DNA of 64,000 bases from Verrucomicrobiota bacterium (GTDB lineage Bacteria; Verrucomicrobiota; Kiritimatiellia; CAIQIC01). The notes under the pieces are model-generated. The model searched no databases, was not told where the DNA came from, and saw only the letters and a list, made by a program, of their open reading frames with translations. The stretch spans positions 39,192 through 103,191 of the forward strand of contig SCQF01000053.1 of NCBI GenBank assembly GCA_004321905.1. Direction: 5' to 3'. The translations under genes were made by a program, and so were the position numbers. Below are positions 1-11,623 of this stretch, in pieces (the first letter of the stretch is position 1; every line of letters starts with the position of its first letter).

Positions 1-1053
1 GCACGACGAAACTTCCAGCCAGCCGTTCTGGCCCGGCGCCCAAAGTTCTATGTCGTAGCACTTGGCGGCGGCAAAGCTCATGTCGCCTTTGCACAGCAGC
101 AGCACGCGATAGCAGAGGCCGAGGCGCTGCAACACGGTCTCGGCATTGACCACAAGCTTCTCCAGTTCGTCATAGGAAGTTTCTGGCGTGACGAACTTGA
201 CCATCTCCACCTTGTCGAACTGATGTACGCGGATCAGGCCGCGCGTGCCCGCCCCGGCGGCCCCGGCCTCGCGACGGAAGCACGGTGAGTAGGCGGTCAG
301 GTAAACCGGCAGCGGCTTGGCGATGATCTCTTCGCGGTAGATGTTCGTGATCGGCACCTCCGCGGTCGGGATCAGCCAGAGATCGTCGGCGGTGACGTGA
401 TACATGTCCTCGGCCATCTTCGGGAGCTGGCCCGTGCCGGTCATCGAAGCGCGGTTGACGACGAACGGCGTGGAGACCTCGGTATAGCCGTGTTCGCGCG
501 TGTGCAGATCGAGCATGAACTGGATCAGCGCGCGTTCCAACCGCGCGCCAAGGCCCACATAGAGCGGGAAGCCCGCGCCGGTCAGACGCGTCGCGCGCTC
601 GAAATCGAGGATGCCGAGACTCTCGCTCAACTCGACGTGCGTCTTGGGTTTGAAGGCGAACGTCTTTGGCGTGCCGTGCTGGCGCGCCACGACGTTGCCG
701 CTGGCATCGGTGCCATCGGGCGCGGAAGAGTGGGGGATGTTCGGAATGCGGAGCAGGAGGTCTTGTAACTGCGCATCAATTTCGCCGCCACGTTTATCCA
801 TCTCGGTGATACGGTCGCCGAGTTCGCGCATCGTGACCTGCTGCGCGCTGATATCGCCGCCGGCCTTCTTGATCTCGCCAAGCTTTTTGGATTCTACGTT
901 ACGCTGGTTTTTGAGCGTCTCGACCTCGGTCAGCAGGCCGCGGCGTTCCTTGTCGAGCGCGATGATCGCATCCAGATTCACATCGCTACGCTTGAACTGC
1001 AGCGTCGCCCGCACATCCGCTTCCCGTTCCCGAATCGTTTTGATGTCCAACAT
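1..1053 (-). CDS. serS: Seryl-tRNA synthetase (3' end runs off the window)
   Basis: Reverse frame from ATG 1053 reads MLDIKTIRERE... and contains the class II motifs LIPTAEVPITN, FRREAGAAG..RGLIRVHQFDKVEMVK and YDIELWA. Confidence 0.96.
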   Translation of the reverse strand, partial: MLDIKTIREREADVRATLQFKRSDVNLDAIIALDKERRGLLTEVETLKNQRNVESKKLGEIKKAGGDISAQQVTMRELGDRITEMDKRGGEIDAQLQDLLLRIPNIPHSSAPDGTDASGNVVARQHGTPKTFAFKPKTHVELSESLGILDFERATRLTGAGFPLYVGLGARLERALIQFMLDLHTREHGYTEVSTPFVVNRASMTGTGQLPKMAEDMYHVTADDLWLIPTAEVPITNIYREEIIAKPLPVYLTAYSPCFRREAGAAGAGTRGLIRVHQFDKVEMVKFVTPETSYDELEKLVVNAETVLQRLGLCYRVLLLCKGDMSFAAAKCYDIELWAPGQNGWLEVSSC

Positions 1054-1437
1054 GGTGATTCCTTTTAGCTAGGCGTATTTTTAGGCCAGCCTGCCACCAA
1101 AAGCAAGGCGCGGCGGAGAGGTTTCACCAGCGCAGTTCAAGCTGTTGAGCGGGATAATCTACCAGCGGACGAAAACAGTGCAGAAAATCTCCGACGACAA
1201 TCAGGGTCGGCGGGTTGCTGTCGAGGCCGTCGAACTCACGTGGCCCGGTTGACCAAAGCGTACGTTTTATATAGGGGCTGCGCTGGTGACTCCCGAAGGG
1301 CACGGATATCGGGATCGTAAGCGATGTCCGTCTCCATCAAATCATGCAGGTCCTCAACGACCGCCCGCGTAAGCAACTCGGTTGACGCACGCCGGCGGAA
1401 AAAATGACGGACAATATCGTAAAATGAAATCGTGTGG

Positions 1438-1498
1438 CCAACAACCCACCCGACCGCCCGCGCGGTGCACTTGGTCCTTGCATCTGCCGCCTTGGAAA
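1438..1498. repeat. 61-bp dispersed repeat, copy 1
   Basis: 57/61 identical to 47960-48020; ends in a half-site (CCTTGGAAA) of the main palindrome. Confidence 0.9.
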
Positions 1499-1567
1499 AC
1501 TGCGCCGGGCCTTGACGCCGGGGGCCGGCATCGGCTAGGGTCTGCGCGCTTTTTCGGAAGACGCTCA

Positions 1568-2236
1568 ATGCCAAAAATTGTCATCATGCCGTCAATTCTC
1601 GCCGCCGACATGGGCCGGTTGGCGGAGGAGTGTCAGCGCGCGGAAGCGGCGGGCGCGGATGCCTTGCACCTGGACATCATGGATGGCCATTTTGTGCCGA
1701 ATTTGAGCATGGGGCCGGATGTGGTGAAGATGGCGCGCGCGGCAGTGAAGATTCCGCTCGATACGCACCTGATGGTGACGCATCCGCAAAATATGACCGC
1801 GGCGTTCATCAAGGCCGGTGCAAATCCGTTGCTGATTCATGTGGAAGCACAGTGCGATGTGCGCGCGGTGTTGCACGACATTCGGAAGCATAAACTCCGC
1901 GCGGGGCTGACGTTGAACCCAGAGACGCCGGTTGAGGCGCTGTTCCCGTATCTTGCGGACGTGGATGAGGTGCTGTTCATGTCGGTGCATCCGGGCTATG
2001 GCGGGCAGGCGTTCATTCCGCAGGTGCTGCCGAAGGTGGCCGAACTGCGGCGACGCGCGCCGGAACTGGATATCTCGATTGATGGCGGGATCAACCGCGC
2101 GACGACCATCCAAGCAGCGGAACACGGCGCGAATCTCTTTGTGGCCGGCACGTATCTTTTCGGCGCGGCGGATATGCAAGCCGAGATCGCCCACATGCGC
2201 GCCGCCATTCAAAACGCCTACGGCAAGAAAGTTTGA
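1568..2236 (+). CDS. rpe: Ribulose-phosphate 3-epimerase
   Basis: PSILAAD, HLDIMDGHFVPNLSMG, MSVHPGYGGQ and IDGGIN motifs; start moved to ATG 1568. Confidence 0.96.
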   Translation: MPKIVIMPSILAADMGRLAEECQRAEAAGADALHLDIMDGHFVPNLSMGPDVVKMARAAVKIPLDTHLMVTHPQNMTAAFIKAGANPLLIHVEAQCDVRAVLHDIRKHKLRAGLTLNPETPVEALFPYLADVDEVLFMSVHPGYGGQAFIPQVLPKVAELRRRAPELDISIDGGINRATTIQAAEHGANLFVAGTYLFGAADMQAEIAHMRAAIQNAYGKKV

Positions 2237-2246
2237 TCACCACACC

Positions 2247-4049
<1,803 letters not shown>

Positions 4050-4061
4050 GGTGGGGCGGCC

Positions 4062-4127
4062 CCAAGGTTTGGAGTTTTTTCCAAGCCTTGGAAAAACCGA
4101 CACCCGACTTTTCCAAGGCTTGGAAAA
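4062..4127. repeat. TTCCAA-N3-TTGGAA palindrome pair plus partial unit
   Basis: CCAA cores at 4081 and 4113 (32 bp apart), partial unit at 4062; ends 1 nt before the lepB ATG. Confidence 0.92.
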
Positions 4128-4128
4128 T

Positions 4129-5229
4129 ATGAACTTCTGGGAACGTCGAAAATACAAGAAACTGGTTGAAGCGCTTTTGCACGACGCGCAACACACGCGC
4201 GGGATGCGCGAAGACGTCGCCGATCCCGCCGACCTCGACCGGATGGAAGGCCTCGAACAGAAATTACGCGACGCCTTGAAGGCCCGGGACGCCAAAGGTG
4301 TAGACGCCTGCGCCGAAGAGCTTGGCCAGATGCGCATGAAGATTGCGCCGCCGCGCAAATATCCGGGTTGGCGCGAGAATATCGAGATGTTTATCGTCGT
4401 GCTGGCCGTCGCCACGGGCATCCGCGCCTATTTCATCTCGCCGTTCAAGATTCCCACCGGCTCGATGCAGCCGACGCTCAACGGCATCACCGCTGTGGCG
4501 CAAACAGAGCGCGGCTTGATGGATTACTTTCCGCTCAACATCGCCAGTTTTCTGCTGTTCGGCGAACGCTATGTTGAAGTGCGCGCACCGGAGTCCGGAG
4601 AAATCAACTACGTGCAGGGCGGCGAGGAATTTTATACGTTTGCCAACCAAGGACGCACCGTCCAAATTCCGAAAGCGTTTTTCGATGAAAGCAACCGCAG
4701 TACCTGTGTCTTTTTCCGTTATTTTGGAAGCGACGTGGTCGAGAAAGGGCAACTGCTGGCCGCCGGGCGCGTGCGCACCGGGGACATGATCATGGTGGAT
4801 CGTGTCCGGTACAATTTCCTGCCGCCAAAACGTGGCGATGTGATTGTGTTTCGAACGAAGAATGTCCATCATGCAGGTGTGCGTACGACCGATCATTATA
4901 TCAAGCGTCTGGTCGGCTTGCCGGGTGAAACCATCCGGATTGATCCGCCATATCTGGTCGTCAACGACAAGAAAGTTGAACAACCGTTTCCTTTCCACCG
5001 ACTGCTGACCGATCCGCGCTATGTTGGGTATACCTTGCCAGTCGGTTCAATGCTCGACACGCCCGCAGATTCGATTAAGGTCGGCTCCAACGAATTTCTG
5101 CCGTTTGGCGACAATACGCGATCGAGCCTTGACGGTCGCTACTTCGGGCCTGTGACCCGGAACGACTTACTCGGTCCAGCCTTTATGGTCTTCTGGCCAT
5201 TCACGGGACGCTGGGGCTTGGTTCGCTAG
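4129..5229 (+). CDS. lepB: Signal peptidase I with N-terminal helical extension
   Basis: PFKIPTGSMQPTL (catalytic Ser), YIKRLVGLPGE (catalytic Lys), GDNTRSSLDGRYFG; follows lepA. Confidence 0.95.
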   Translation: MNFWERRKYKKLVEALLHDAQHTRGMREDVADPADLDRMEGLEQKLRDALKARDAKGVDACAEELGQMRMKIAPPRKYPGWRENIEMFIVVLAVATGIRAYFISPFKIPTGSMQPTLNGITAVAQTERGLMDYFPLNIASFLLFGERYVEVRAPESGEINYVQGGEEFYTFANQGRTVQIPKAFFDESNRSTCVFFRYFGSDVVEKGQLLAAGRVRTGDMIMVDRVRYNFLPPKRGDVIVFRTKNVHHAGVRTTDHYIKRLVGLPGETIRIDPPYLVVNDKKVEQPFPFHRLLTDPRYVGYTLPVGSMLDTPADSIKVGSNEFLPFGDNTRSSLDGRYFGPVTRNDLLGPAFMVFWPFTGRWGLVR

Positions 5230-5320
5230 TTCATTCTCCAGCTTGCCTTGGAAGAGCAATCTACCGGAGAGCGCGCATCCTCACGCACTAAAACCATACG
5301 TGATGTTGGCCACGCGCCAC

Positions 5321-5372
5321 GTAGAAGCGACCTCCGGTCGCTTTTCCTGATGCGGACGGAGTCCGCATCTAC
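5321..5372. repeat. Inverted pair of GTAG-type REP-like hairpins
   Basis: GTAG-AAGCGACC-tcc-GGTCGCTT, and on the opposite strand GTAG-ATGCGGAC-tcc-GTCCGCATC. Confidence 0.7.
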
Positions 5373-5444
5373 GCCGGGGCTTCAGCCGGCCACATCATTT
5401 ATGGAAACGCTCTAAAGGTGACCTGCCACAGTTTCATCTATATA

Positions 5445-5472
5445 ACGTCGCATAATATATCTTATGTCTAGC
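5445..5472 (+). other. dif-like XerC/XerD recombination site
   Basis: ACGTCGCATAA-TATATC-TTATGTCTAGC has 11-6-11 geometry like E. coli dif (GGTGCGCATAA-TGTATA-TTATGTTAAAT); AT-rich convergent intergenic position. Confidence 0.7.
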
Positions 5473-5560
5473 ATATGATAGGTCGAACCGCAAGTAATTC
5501 GACTTTGGGTGGTTTCTGGGTTGCTTGGCTACTAGCGCGGGCCTGTTCGTAATTCTGCGA

Positions 5561-7027
5561 CTAAGTCTGCGGTAAGGCCTTCTTGGGCGCGATCTGATTA
5601 TAGATGTTGAGATATTCGCGTGCCGACTTGGTCCACGAGACATCTTGCTGCATGGCCCGAAGCATAAGGCTCTGCCACATCCCCGCCTTACAAAACCAAC
5701 CTAAGGCTTGATCGAGACTGGCCAACATAGCGGCGGGTTTATAGACGCTGAATTTGAACCCTGTCCCCTTGGTGCCGTCCGAACTGACCTGTTCGATGGT
5801 GTCATCCAGCCCCCCAACCGCCGTCACAAGCGGTATAGTGCCGTAGCGCATCGCATAGAGCTGGCTCAACCCGGACGGCTCGAACTTGGACGGCATCAGG
5901 AGCATGTCGGAGCCCGCGATGATCTTCCGGGCCAACGGCGTGTCGTAGTCCAGTTTAACGGCAAACCGATCGGGCCATTTCTGCGCCCATTGTCGGCATA
6001 GATCGTGATACTTCTGCATCCCCAAGCCCAAAATAACCAGCGACACATCGCGTTTCATGATCTCCGGCATGGCTTCCGCCAGCAAATCCATGCCTTTTTG
6101 GTCGGTCAGCCGTGTAATCATGCCGAGGATCGGTCGTTCCGCCTTCAGCGGCAGCCCCATCAGGTGTGCGAGGTTCAGACGGCAAGCCTGTTTACCTTCG
6201 AGTTTGCTCGGCTCGAAGCGCGCCGTGATCTGCTGGTCGGTACCAGGATCCCAATCGGCATAGTCCACGCCATTTTGGATGCCGACCAACTTCGGGCCGA
6301 GCCGGGAGAGCAACCCATGCAAGCCGCAGCCAAAAGCCTCGGTTTGGATTTCGCGCGCGTATGCGCGGCTGACGGTCGTCACGCAATCCGCCGACGTGAT
6401 CCCGGCCTTCATGCAACTCACGTTGCCGTAGAACTCAAAACCGTCCATATGAAAATAAAGAAACGGCAGATTGGTGATGCTATAGGCAGAGCCTGGGAAA
6501 ATGCCCTGAAAGGCCAGATTATGAATCGTGAACACCGTCCGTTCACGGGCCTCGCGCCCCATGCCACGCACGCCGTGACGTAGAAACAGCGGCAGCAAAC
6601 CGGTCTGCCAGTCATTACAATGCACCACGTCCGCCTTCAACTCCAGCGCATCAATCAACGCCACGACGGCTTTCTGAAAAAACACGAAGCGCTCAAAATT
6701 GTCGTCGTAATCCTTTTCCGGTGCGCCATACAGATGTGAGCGGTCAAAAAATTCGTCGCGGCGGATGAAGTACGTCGTGGGCGCCGGATCATCGGCGACC
6801 CAGATTTCCGCCGCGTAAGTCCGAAAGCCCACCGGCACTTCGATGCGCACGCCGGTGTCGCGCGGATGAAAACCGCGCTCGGCCACCAAATGGTACAGCG
6901 GCATGACGCGCCAGACTTCCACGCCCGGCTCGTGGGCCAGCGCCCGCGGCAGCGACCCGGCCACATCGGCCAGGCCGCCGGTGGAGGCGAAGGGATTGAT
7001 TTCACTGGCCGCGTACACGATTTTCAT
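5561..7027 (-). CDS. glgA: Glycogen synthase (GT5)
   Basis: STGGLADV, VVHCNDWQTG, FTIHNLAFQG and PSKFEPSGLSQLYAMRYG motifs. Confidence 0.95.
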   Translation of the reverse strand: MKIVYAASEINPFASTGGLADVAGSLPRALAHEPGVEVWRVMPLYHLVAERGFHPRDTGVRIEVPVGFRTYAAEIWVADDPAPTTYFIRRDEFFDRSHLYGAPEKDYDDNFERFVFFQKAVVALIDALELKADVVHCNDWQTGLLPLFLRHGVRGMGREARERTVFTIHNLAFQGIFPGSAYSITNLPFLYFHMDGFEFYGNVSCMKAGITSADCVTTVSRAYAREIQTEAFGCGLHGLLSRLGPKLVGIQNGVDYADWDPGTDQQITARFEPSKLEGKQACRLNLAHLMGLPLKAERPILGMITRLTDQKGMDLLAEAMPEIMKRDVSLVILGLGMQKYHDLCRQWAQKWPDRFAVKLDYDTPLARKIIAGSDMLLMPSKFEPSGLSQLYAMRYGTIPLVTAVGGLDDTIEQVSSDGTKGTGFKFSVYKPAAMLASLDQALGWFCKAGMWQSLMLRAMQQDVSWTKSAREYLNIYNQIAPKKALPQT

Positions 7028-7031
7028 AGTG

Positions 7032-7082
7032 TTTTCCAATCCTTGGAAATCGGCGGGCGCACTTTTTCCAAGCCTTGGAAAA
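7032..7082. repeat. TTCCAA-N3-TTGGAA palindrome pair
   Basis: Cores at 7036 and 7068 (32 bp); between divergent glgA and rnr. Confidence 0.92.
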
Positions 7083-7139
7083 CCCGCCGCGATTCCTATT
7101 CGTCAAACCATCGGCTTTGATTTATAATCCTTGAAACGC

Positions 7140-9086
7140 ATGAAGGCAAAGACTTTTGAGCAGCAAATTCTGGCGTGGCTGGCGCGACCGGGTTATCGCC
7201 CGCTCAAGCAGCACGAATTGGCGCGCGCGCTCGGCGTCACCGAGCGTGTGATTTTCCGCCGCACACTCTACGCGTTGGAACGCGCGGGTCGGATCGTCTG
7301 CCTTCGTAAAAACCGTTACGCGCTGCCGCCACCCGCCAAGGAGAAACTCCGTGGTGCCGCCGCCGAGGCTCCGCGCAGTGCGATCATCGTCGGACGGCTC
7401 ATGCGAAATCCGTATTACTGGTACGTGATGCCCGACCAAGCGCGGCGCAGGGCGCACAATGTCCGCGTCCGCGAATTCGCCGCCACGATCAAGCCGGTGG
7501 ATGGACACATCGTCGTATTGCGACTCGACGAAGCGCCGCACGCCGAGGAGCAGCCTGTCGGTGTGGTCATCGAAGACCTTGGACGCGCCGAAACACCGGG
7601 CGTGGATATGCTCCGCATCATCCGCCGGCGCGAGTTTGCCACGGACTTTCCGCTGGCCGCGCGTAGCCAGGCGGCGCACACCACCGTGCCCCCTGCCCCG
7701 GCCCTGCGCGCCGATGGCCGGCGTGATTTGCGCGACTGGACGACGTTCACGATTGATCCCGATGACGCCAAGGATTTTGATGACGCGCTGTCGCTGACCG
7801 CGCTGCCGGATGGCCGCTGGCAACTGGGCGTACACATCGCCGATGTCTCGCACTATGTGACGCCGGATTCGCCGATTGACCGCGAGGCGCGCGAACGCGG
7901 CAACACCATCTATCTCGTGGATCGCGCCATCACCATGTTGCCGCCCAATCTGACCGCCGACATATGCAGCCTTTTGCCACAGCAGGATCGGTTGACGCAT
8001 AGTGCGATGTTGACCTTTGACCGCCATCACCGCGTCGAGTCCGTGGAGACTTTTCCCGCGGTGATTCATTCTGCCGCCCGTCTGACCTACGGGCAGGTGG
8101 AGCTGTTGTTTGAGGGACATCACATTGACAAAATTCCGTCGGTGGTTCGGGAGCCACTGTTGCAACTGCGCCCCTTGGCACGTGAATGGCGGAAACGACG
8201 ACTGCAACATGGCGCGCTCGATCTGGCGGTGCCGGAGGTCAAGTGCATCATGGATGCGCACGGATACATCACCGCGATCAAGCAACGCGGCGACGCCGAA
8301 GCCTATCAAATGATCGAAGAATGTATGTTGCTCGCCAACGTCGCGGTCGCCGAACGGCTGCGCGCGGGTGGTGGCCCGGCACTCTATCGCATTCATGACG
8401 AGCCGGACGCCGAGCAATGGGACGAAATGCGCGAAGCGTTACGCGCCCTCGGCGCGCCCATGATTCCCGCGACACCCGATGATCTGAATAAATTATTACA
8501 TCGCGTCGCGGGCACGCCGCTCGCGGCAACATTGAACCTGATCGTCGTGCGCTGTCTCAAGCGGGCCATGTATTCCGCCGAGTTGCGTCCACACTTCGGG
8601 TTGGCGTTTCCGCGCTACACGCACTTCACCTCGCCGATCCGCCGCTATCCCGATCTCGTGGTGCATCGCTTGCTCAAAGCCGTGGAGCAAAGCGCTCCCC
8701 CACCCTACACCAAATCCGCACTCGCCCGTCTGGCCACGCATTGTTCCACCGCCGAAAAGGCTGCTGATGAGGCCGAAAATGAGAGTGTTGAGGTCAAACG
8801 CGTCGCTTACTACGAAGAGAAGCTGCGGCGTGGCGATATCGGTCCGTTCGCCGGCGTCGTGACCGGCCTGCTCGGTAAAGGTTTGATGGTGGAACTCCGC
8901 GACTCATTGCAACGCGGCCTGCTGCCGTTCGCCGCGCTCAAAAACGATTACTACGAGATGAATGCCGCGCGCACACACGTCAAAGGCAAGCGCCGTGGCG
9001 GCGGCTGGAAAATCGGCCAGCCGCTGGAGGTCGTGCTCACCCGCGTGGATACGGCCAACCGCTGGATGGATTTTGCGCTGCCCTGA
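7140..9086 (+). CDS. rnr: Ribonuclease R / RNB-family exoribonuclease
   Basis: FTIDPDDAKDFDDAL, HIADVSHYV, HFGLAFPRYTHFTSPIRRYPDLVVHR, C-terminal S1 domain; TATAAT at 7123. Confidence 0.92.
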   Translation: MKAKTFEQQILAWLARPGYRPLKQHELARALGVTERVIFRRTLYALERAGRIVCLRKNRYALPPPAKEKLRGAAAEAPRSAIIVGRLMRNPYYWYVMPDQARRRAHNVRVREFAATIKPVDGHIVVLRLDEAPHAEEQPVGVVIEDLGRAETPGVDMLRIIRRREFATDFPLAARSQAAHTTVPPAPALRADGRRDLRDWTTFTIDPDDAKDFDDALSLTALPDGRWQLGVHIADVSHYVTPDSPIDREARERGNTIYLVDRAITMLPPNLTADICSLLPQQDRLTHSAMLTFDRHHRVESVETFPAVIHSAARLTYGQVELLFEGHHIDKIPSVVREPLLQLRPLAREWRKRRLQHGALDLAVPEVKCIMDAHGYITAIKQRGDAEAYQMIEECMLLANVAVAERLRAGGGPALYRIHDEPDAEQWDEMREALRALGAPMIPATPDDLNKLLHRVAGTPLAATLNLIVVRCLKRAMYSAELRPHFGLAFPRYTHFTSPIRRYPDLVVHRLLKAVEQSAPPPYTKSALARLATHCSTAEKAADEAENESVEVKRVAYYEEKLRRGDIGPFAGVVTGLLGKGLMVELRDSLQRGLLPFAALKNDYYEMNAARTHVKGKRRGGGWKIGQPLEVVLTRVDTANRWMDFALP

Positions 9087-9097
9087 ACGCCGGGCAC

Positions 9098-10006
9098 TCA
9101 GCGGACGAAGTAAATCAGTTTCTGTGGTTTATTCCCGCGCTCGATATCGAACACCAGGGCGCTCAGGCGGTTCTGGAGAAATTCACCGATCAGGTATTCC
9201 GCGCGCTTCTGACTGGTCATGTTGATCGAATTGACCTGCCGCACGACGTCGCCATCCTGCATGCCCATGGCTTGGAAAAATTCCTTTTCACCTTCCATCC
9301 CCAGATGATAGCCGGTGATCTGTTGCTGTTGATTGTAGGAAGGTTTCAGCGAGTCGAACAACTGCAACACCCGCTCCGGGTCTTTGCGGAGGTCGTCGTA
9401 ATACTGCATCAGCGCCTCGCGACTGATCACCCAGCGGTTCTCGGCGATGCGTTTGCCGAAGCGGCTGGTGGAAAGCACGACTTCGTTCGTAGCCACCGTC
9501 CCCGCGGGTGCGGCACCACTGGCCACGCTATCGGTAAAGCTCAGTCGGAGTTCTTCTTCCTTGCCATTGATTTGCGCCGTCACACGGTCATGAAAAATTT
9601 TCAGCAACGTCAGGCCTGCGACCGCCTCGCCTTCGCGTAGCAGATATTCGCTTTGCTTTTGTAGGTCATCAATGACAGCCCGGCGCTCACCTGCGCTCTG
9701 CGCGGCGGTGCCATCGAACACGGAAAAAGTTCCCGCCAGCCGAAACCGTTGGGCGATGCCATTGAGTACCGTGATGCCACCTTTGCCCTGCACCCGCCGC
9801 ACCACCTCCAAGTCCGCTACTGGCGGCAGAACAGGCTTGGGCCAAGCCATGGTTCGGAGAGCCGTAGCAGACTTGATAGGTTGCGAACCAAGCGTCGGGC
9901 TGCGTAGTGCGAACAACACCCACGCCAACGCCAGAAGTGCCGCGCCCAGCCCAGCTGCTCCCGCCAAACCACGCACCCACCGCTCTTGAACTTCGGGCAT
10001 CATCAC
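9098..10006 (-). CDS. GspC-like type II secretion protein (TM, HR domain, PDZ)
   Basis: N-terminal TM, FRLAGT...RRAVI...LREGEAV, C-terminal PDZ-like GMQDGDVVRQVN..ERGNK. Confidence 0.7.
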   Translation of the reverse strand: MMMPEVQERWVRGLAGAAGLGAALLALAWVLFALRSPTLGSQPIKSATALRTMAWPKPVLPPVADLEVVRRVQGKGGITVLNGIAQRFRLAGTFSVFDGTAAQSAGERRAVIDDLQKQSEYLLREGEAVAGLTLLKIFHDRVTAQINGKEEELRLSFTDSVASGAAPAGTVATNEVVLSTSRFGKRIAENRWVISREALMQYYDDLRKDPERVLQLFDSLKPSYNQQQQITGYHLGMEGEKEFFQAMGMQDGDVVRQVNSINMTSQKRAEYLIGEFLQNRLSALVFDIERGNKPQKLIYFVR

Positions 10007-10046
10007 GGCATTCCATTCCTCATCACAAAATCACGCGTTGCAAAAG

Positions 10047-10420
10047 GCCGTGGCTGCGGGCCGTAAGCCGGATTCTGTTTCGACGGTCATTTATCTACGC
10101 GATCAACCCGAAGCTTACTCCGCTTGCGCGGAAACGCGGCGGGCCGCCGCTCGCTTCCTATTTGATCTTGCTCCGGATGGGGCTTGCCCTGCCCCCGCCG
10201 TTGCCGGCGGAGCGGTGGTCTCTTACACCACCTTTTCACCCTTATCCCACAACCGCTCGCGCGGCGTGGGACGGTATATTTTCTGTGGCGCTATCCGTAC
10301 CCTTCGATCTGGCAAAGGGCCTCCCGGGTTATCCCCGAGACATCCCGCCCTGCGGAGTCCGGACTTTCCTCCCTCCCCGACTCACGTCGGGGACAGCGAC
10401 CGTCCGCCCGCAACCACGGC
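10047..10420 (-). ncRNA. rnpB: RNase P RNA (type A)
   Basis: Minus strand has GAGGAAAGTCCGGACTC near the 5' end and AACAGAATCCGGCTTAC near the 3' end; ends pair as P1 (GCCGTGGTTGCGGGC / GCCCGCAGCCACGGC). Confidence 0.96.
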
Positions 10421-10426
10421 GCGGGG

Positions 10427-10455
10427 AGTATAGCCGCTCACACGATGGCGTACAA
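10427..10455 (-). promoter_or_regulatory. Sigma70-type promoter for rnpB
   Basis: TTGTAC-N17-TATACT on the minus strand, overlapping the 3' end of the upstream CDS. Confidence 0.7.
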
Positions 10456-11142
10456 CATGCGCCCGCAATAATTGCAGGTCGTGATGGTTTGCCCACGGCG
10501 CGCGTCATGAATCACGCTGGGCGGCAGGGTCATGTGGCAACCGCCACAGCAACTTTTTTCCACCGGCACCATCGCAAAGTTGCCGGTCTTCTGCAAAATA
10601 CGCTCATAACGCGCGAGCCACGTCGCGTCCACACCCGCGGTCAATGCGGTGCGCTCGGCGCGCAACTGATCAAGTTCCTGCTGAATATTTTTGACCCGCG
10701 TTTCCAGGGTTTGGAACTCGGCCAGCACCTGTTTTTCCTCGGCTTGGAAATCCTGCTGGTGTTCGCCTTGCGTTTTTTGCAACGCTTCCATCCGCTCCAT
10801 CGCCACGATTTCCTGGTCTTCCAGCCCGCGGATCACCTTCTGTACATTGGCGATTTCGTGTTCGAGGGCTTTATACTCCTCGTTTTTCTTGGCCTGCAAC
10901 TGCTGATCGCGGTACTTCTTGATCTGCTCTTTTTTGCCCTCAATCTCGACTTCGAGGTTCTTGAGCGTGGCGGTATGTTTTTTGATTTCTTCCTGCGAGG
11001 CCTTGAGCGATTCGTGGTGCGCTTGCAGGCGCGACTCGATCAATTGCTTGCGGGCGGGGACATCCTTCTGCTCGCGCAGCAACTGTAGCATTTTCCGGTC
11101 GCGGTCCTGGAGCGTCAGCATTTTTTCGATGAGCGGTGACAC
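10438..11142 (-). CDS. Coiled-coil plus C4 zinc-ribbon protein (CT398/HP0958-like)
   Basis: Long coiled coil followed by CGGCHM...CNYCGRMLY; RBS GAAAGGA before GTG. Confidence 0.88.
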   Translation of the reverse strand: MSPLIEKMLTLQDRDRKMLQLLREQKDVPARKQLIESRLQAHHESLKASQEEIKKHTATLKNLEVEIEGKKEQIKKYRDQQLQAKKNEEYKALEHEIANVQKVIRGLEDQEIVAMERMEALQKTQGEHQQDFQAEEKQVLAEFQTLETRVKNIQQELDQLRAERTALTAGVDATWLARYERILQKTGNFAMVPVEKSCCGGCHMTLPPSVIHDARRGQTITTCNYCGRMLYAIV

Positions 11143-11623
11143 GTGATATTCCTTTCAAAAAGAGCGCGGCGCACTCTATTCCTTGTCGGCGGATTCGTCA
11201 ACGCTGTAGCCGTGGTTGCCGACCCACGGCCACCGAAAGGCTTGAGCGCAGCGGGCCAACCGGCTATGTTGCCCCGACAAGAGGCATCGCGCATTTCAGC
11301 ACCGGCGTCGTGGCGGCAATACAGCGTGACGTTCGATATCGCGGAAAAGTTATTGCGTGTCCACATCGGCCCAATCGTTTCCACCGGCCAAGTCCCCATG
11401 CCCGCCACTGAACCGGCCCCGTCTGCATGACCTACGACGCCGCGACCAAGATCAATATCTTCGATGGTCCCACGATGGCGCTTGATCCCGATGGCGCGGG
11501 CGGCGTCATCCAGTATTTCCCGCCGTGGCACCGCGACTGGCGCACAGCCTCGTCATGGGCGGACTTTAAGCTGCACTCGGCGCGCTCACTTGGAACTGGC
11601 GCATGCTCGCTTCGTGATTTCAT

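Noticed and set aside
1460-1490. Sigma54 promoter in the 61-bp repeat
   Set aside because: GG-to-GC spacing does not fit GG-N10-GC around the TTGCA.
4051-4128. N-terminal extensions containing FPSLGK/FQGLE/FSKPWK on lepB, glgA, 26283, the YprB-like gene, folC, the response regulator and deoB
   Set aside because: These are read-through of the intergenic palindrome; better downstream starts exist. Only 28580, 29692 and 33935 have support for translating the element.
9907-11088. 393-aa plus-strand ORF
   Set aside because: Antisense to rnpB and the zinc-ribbon gene.
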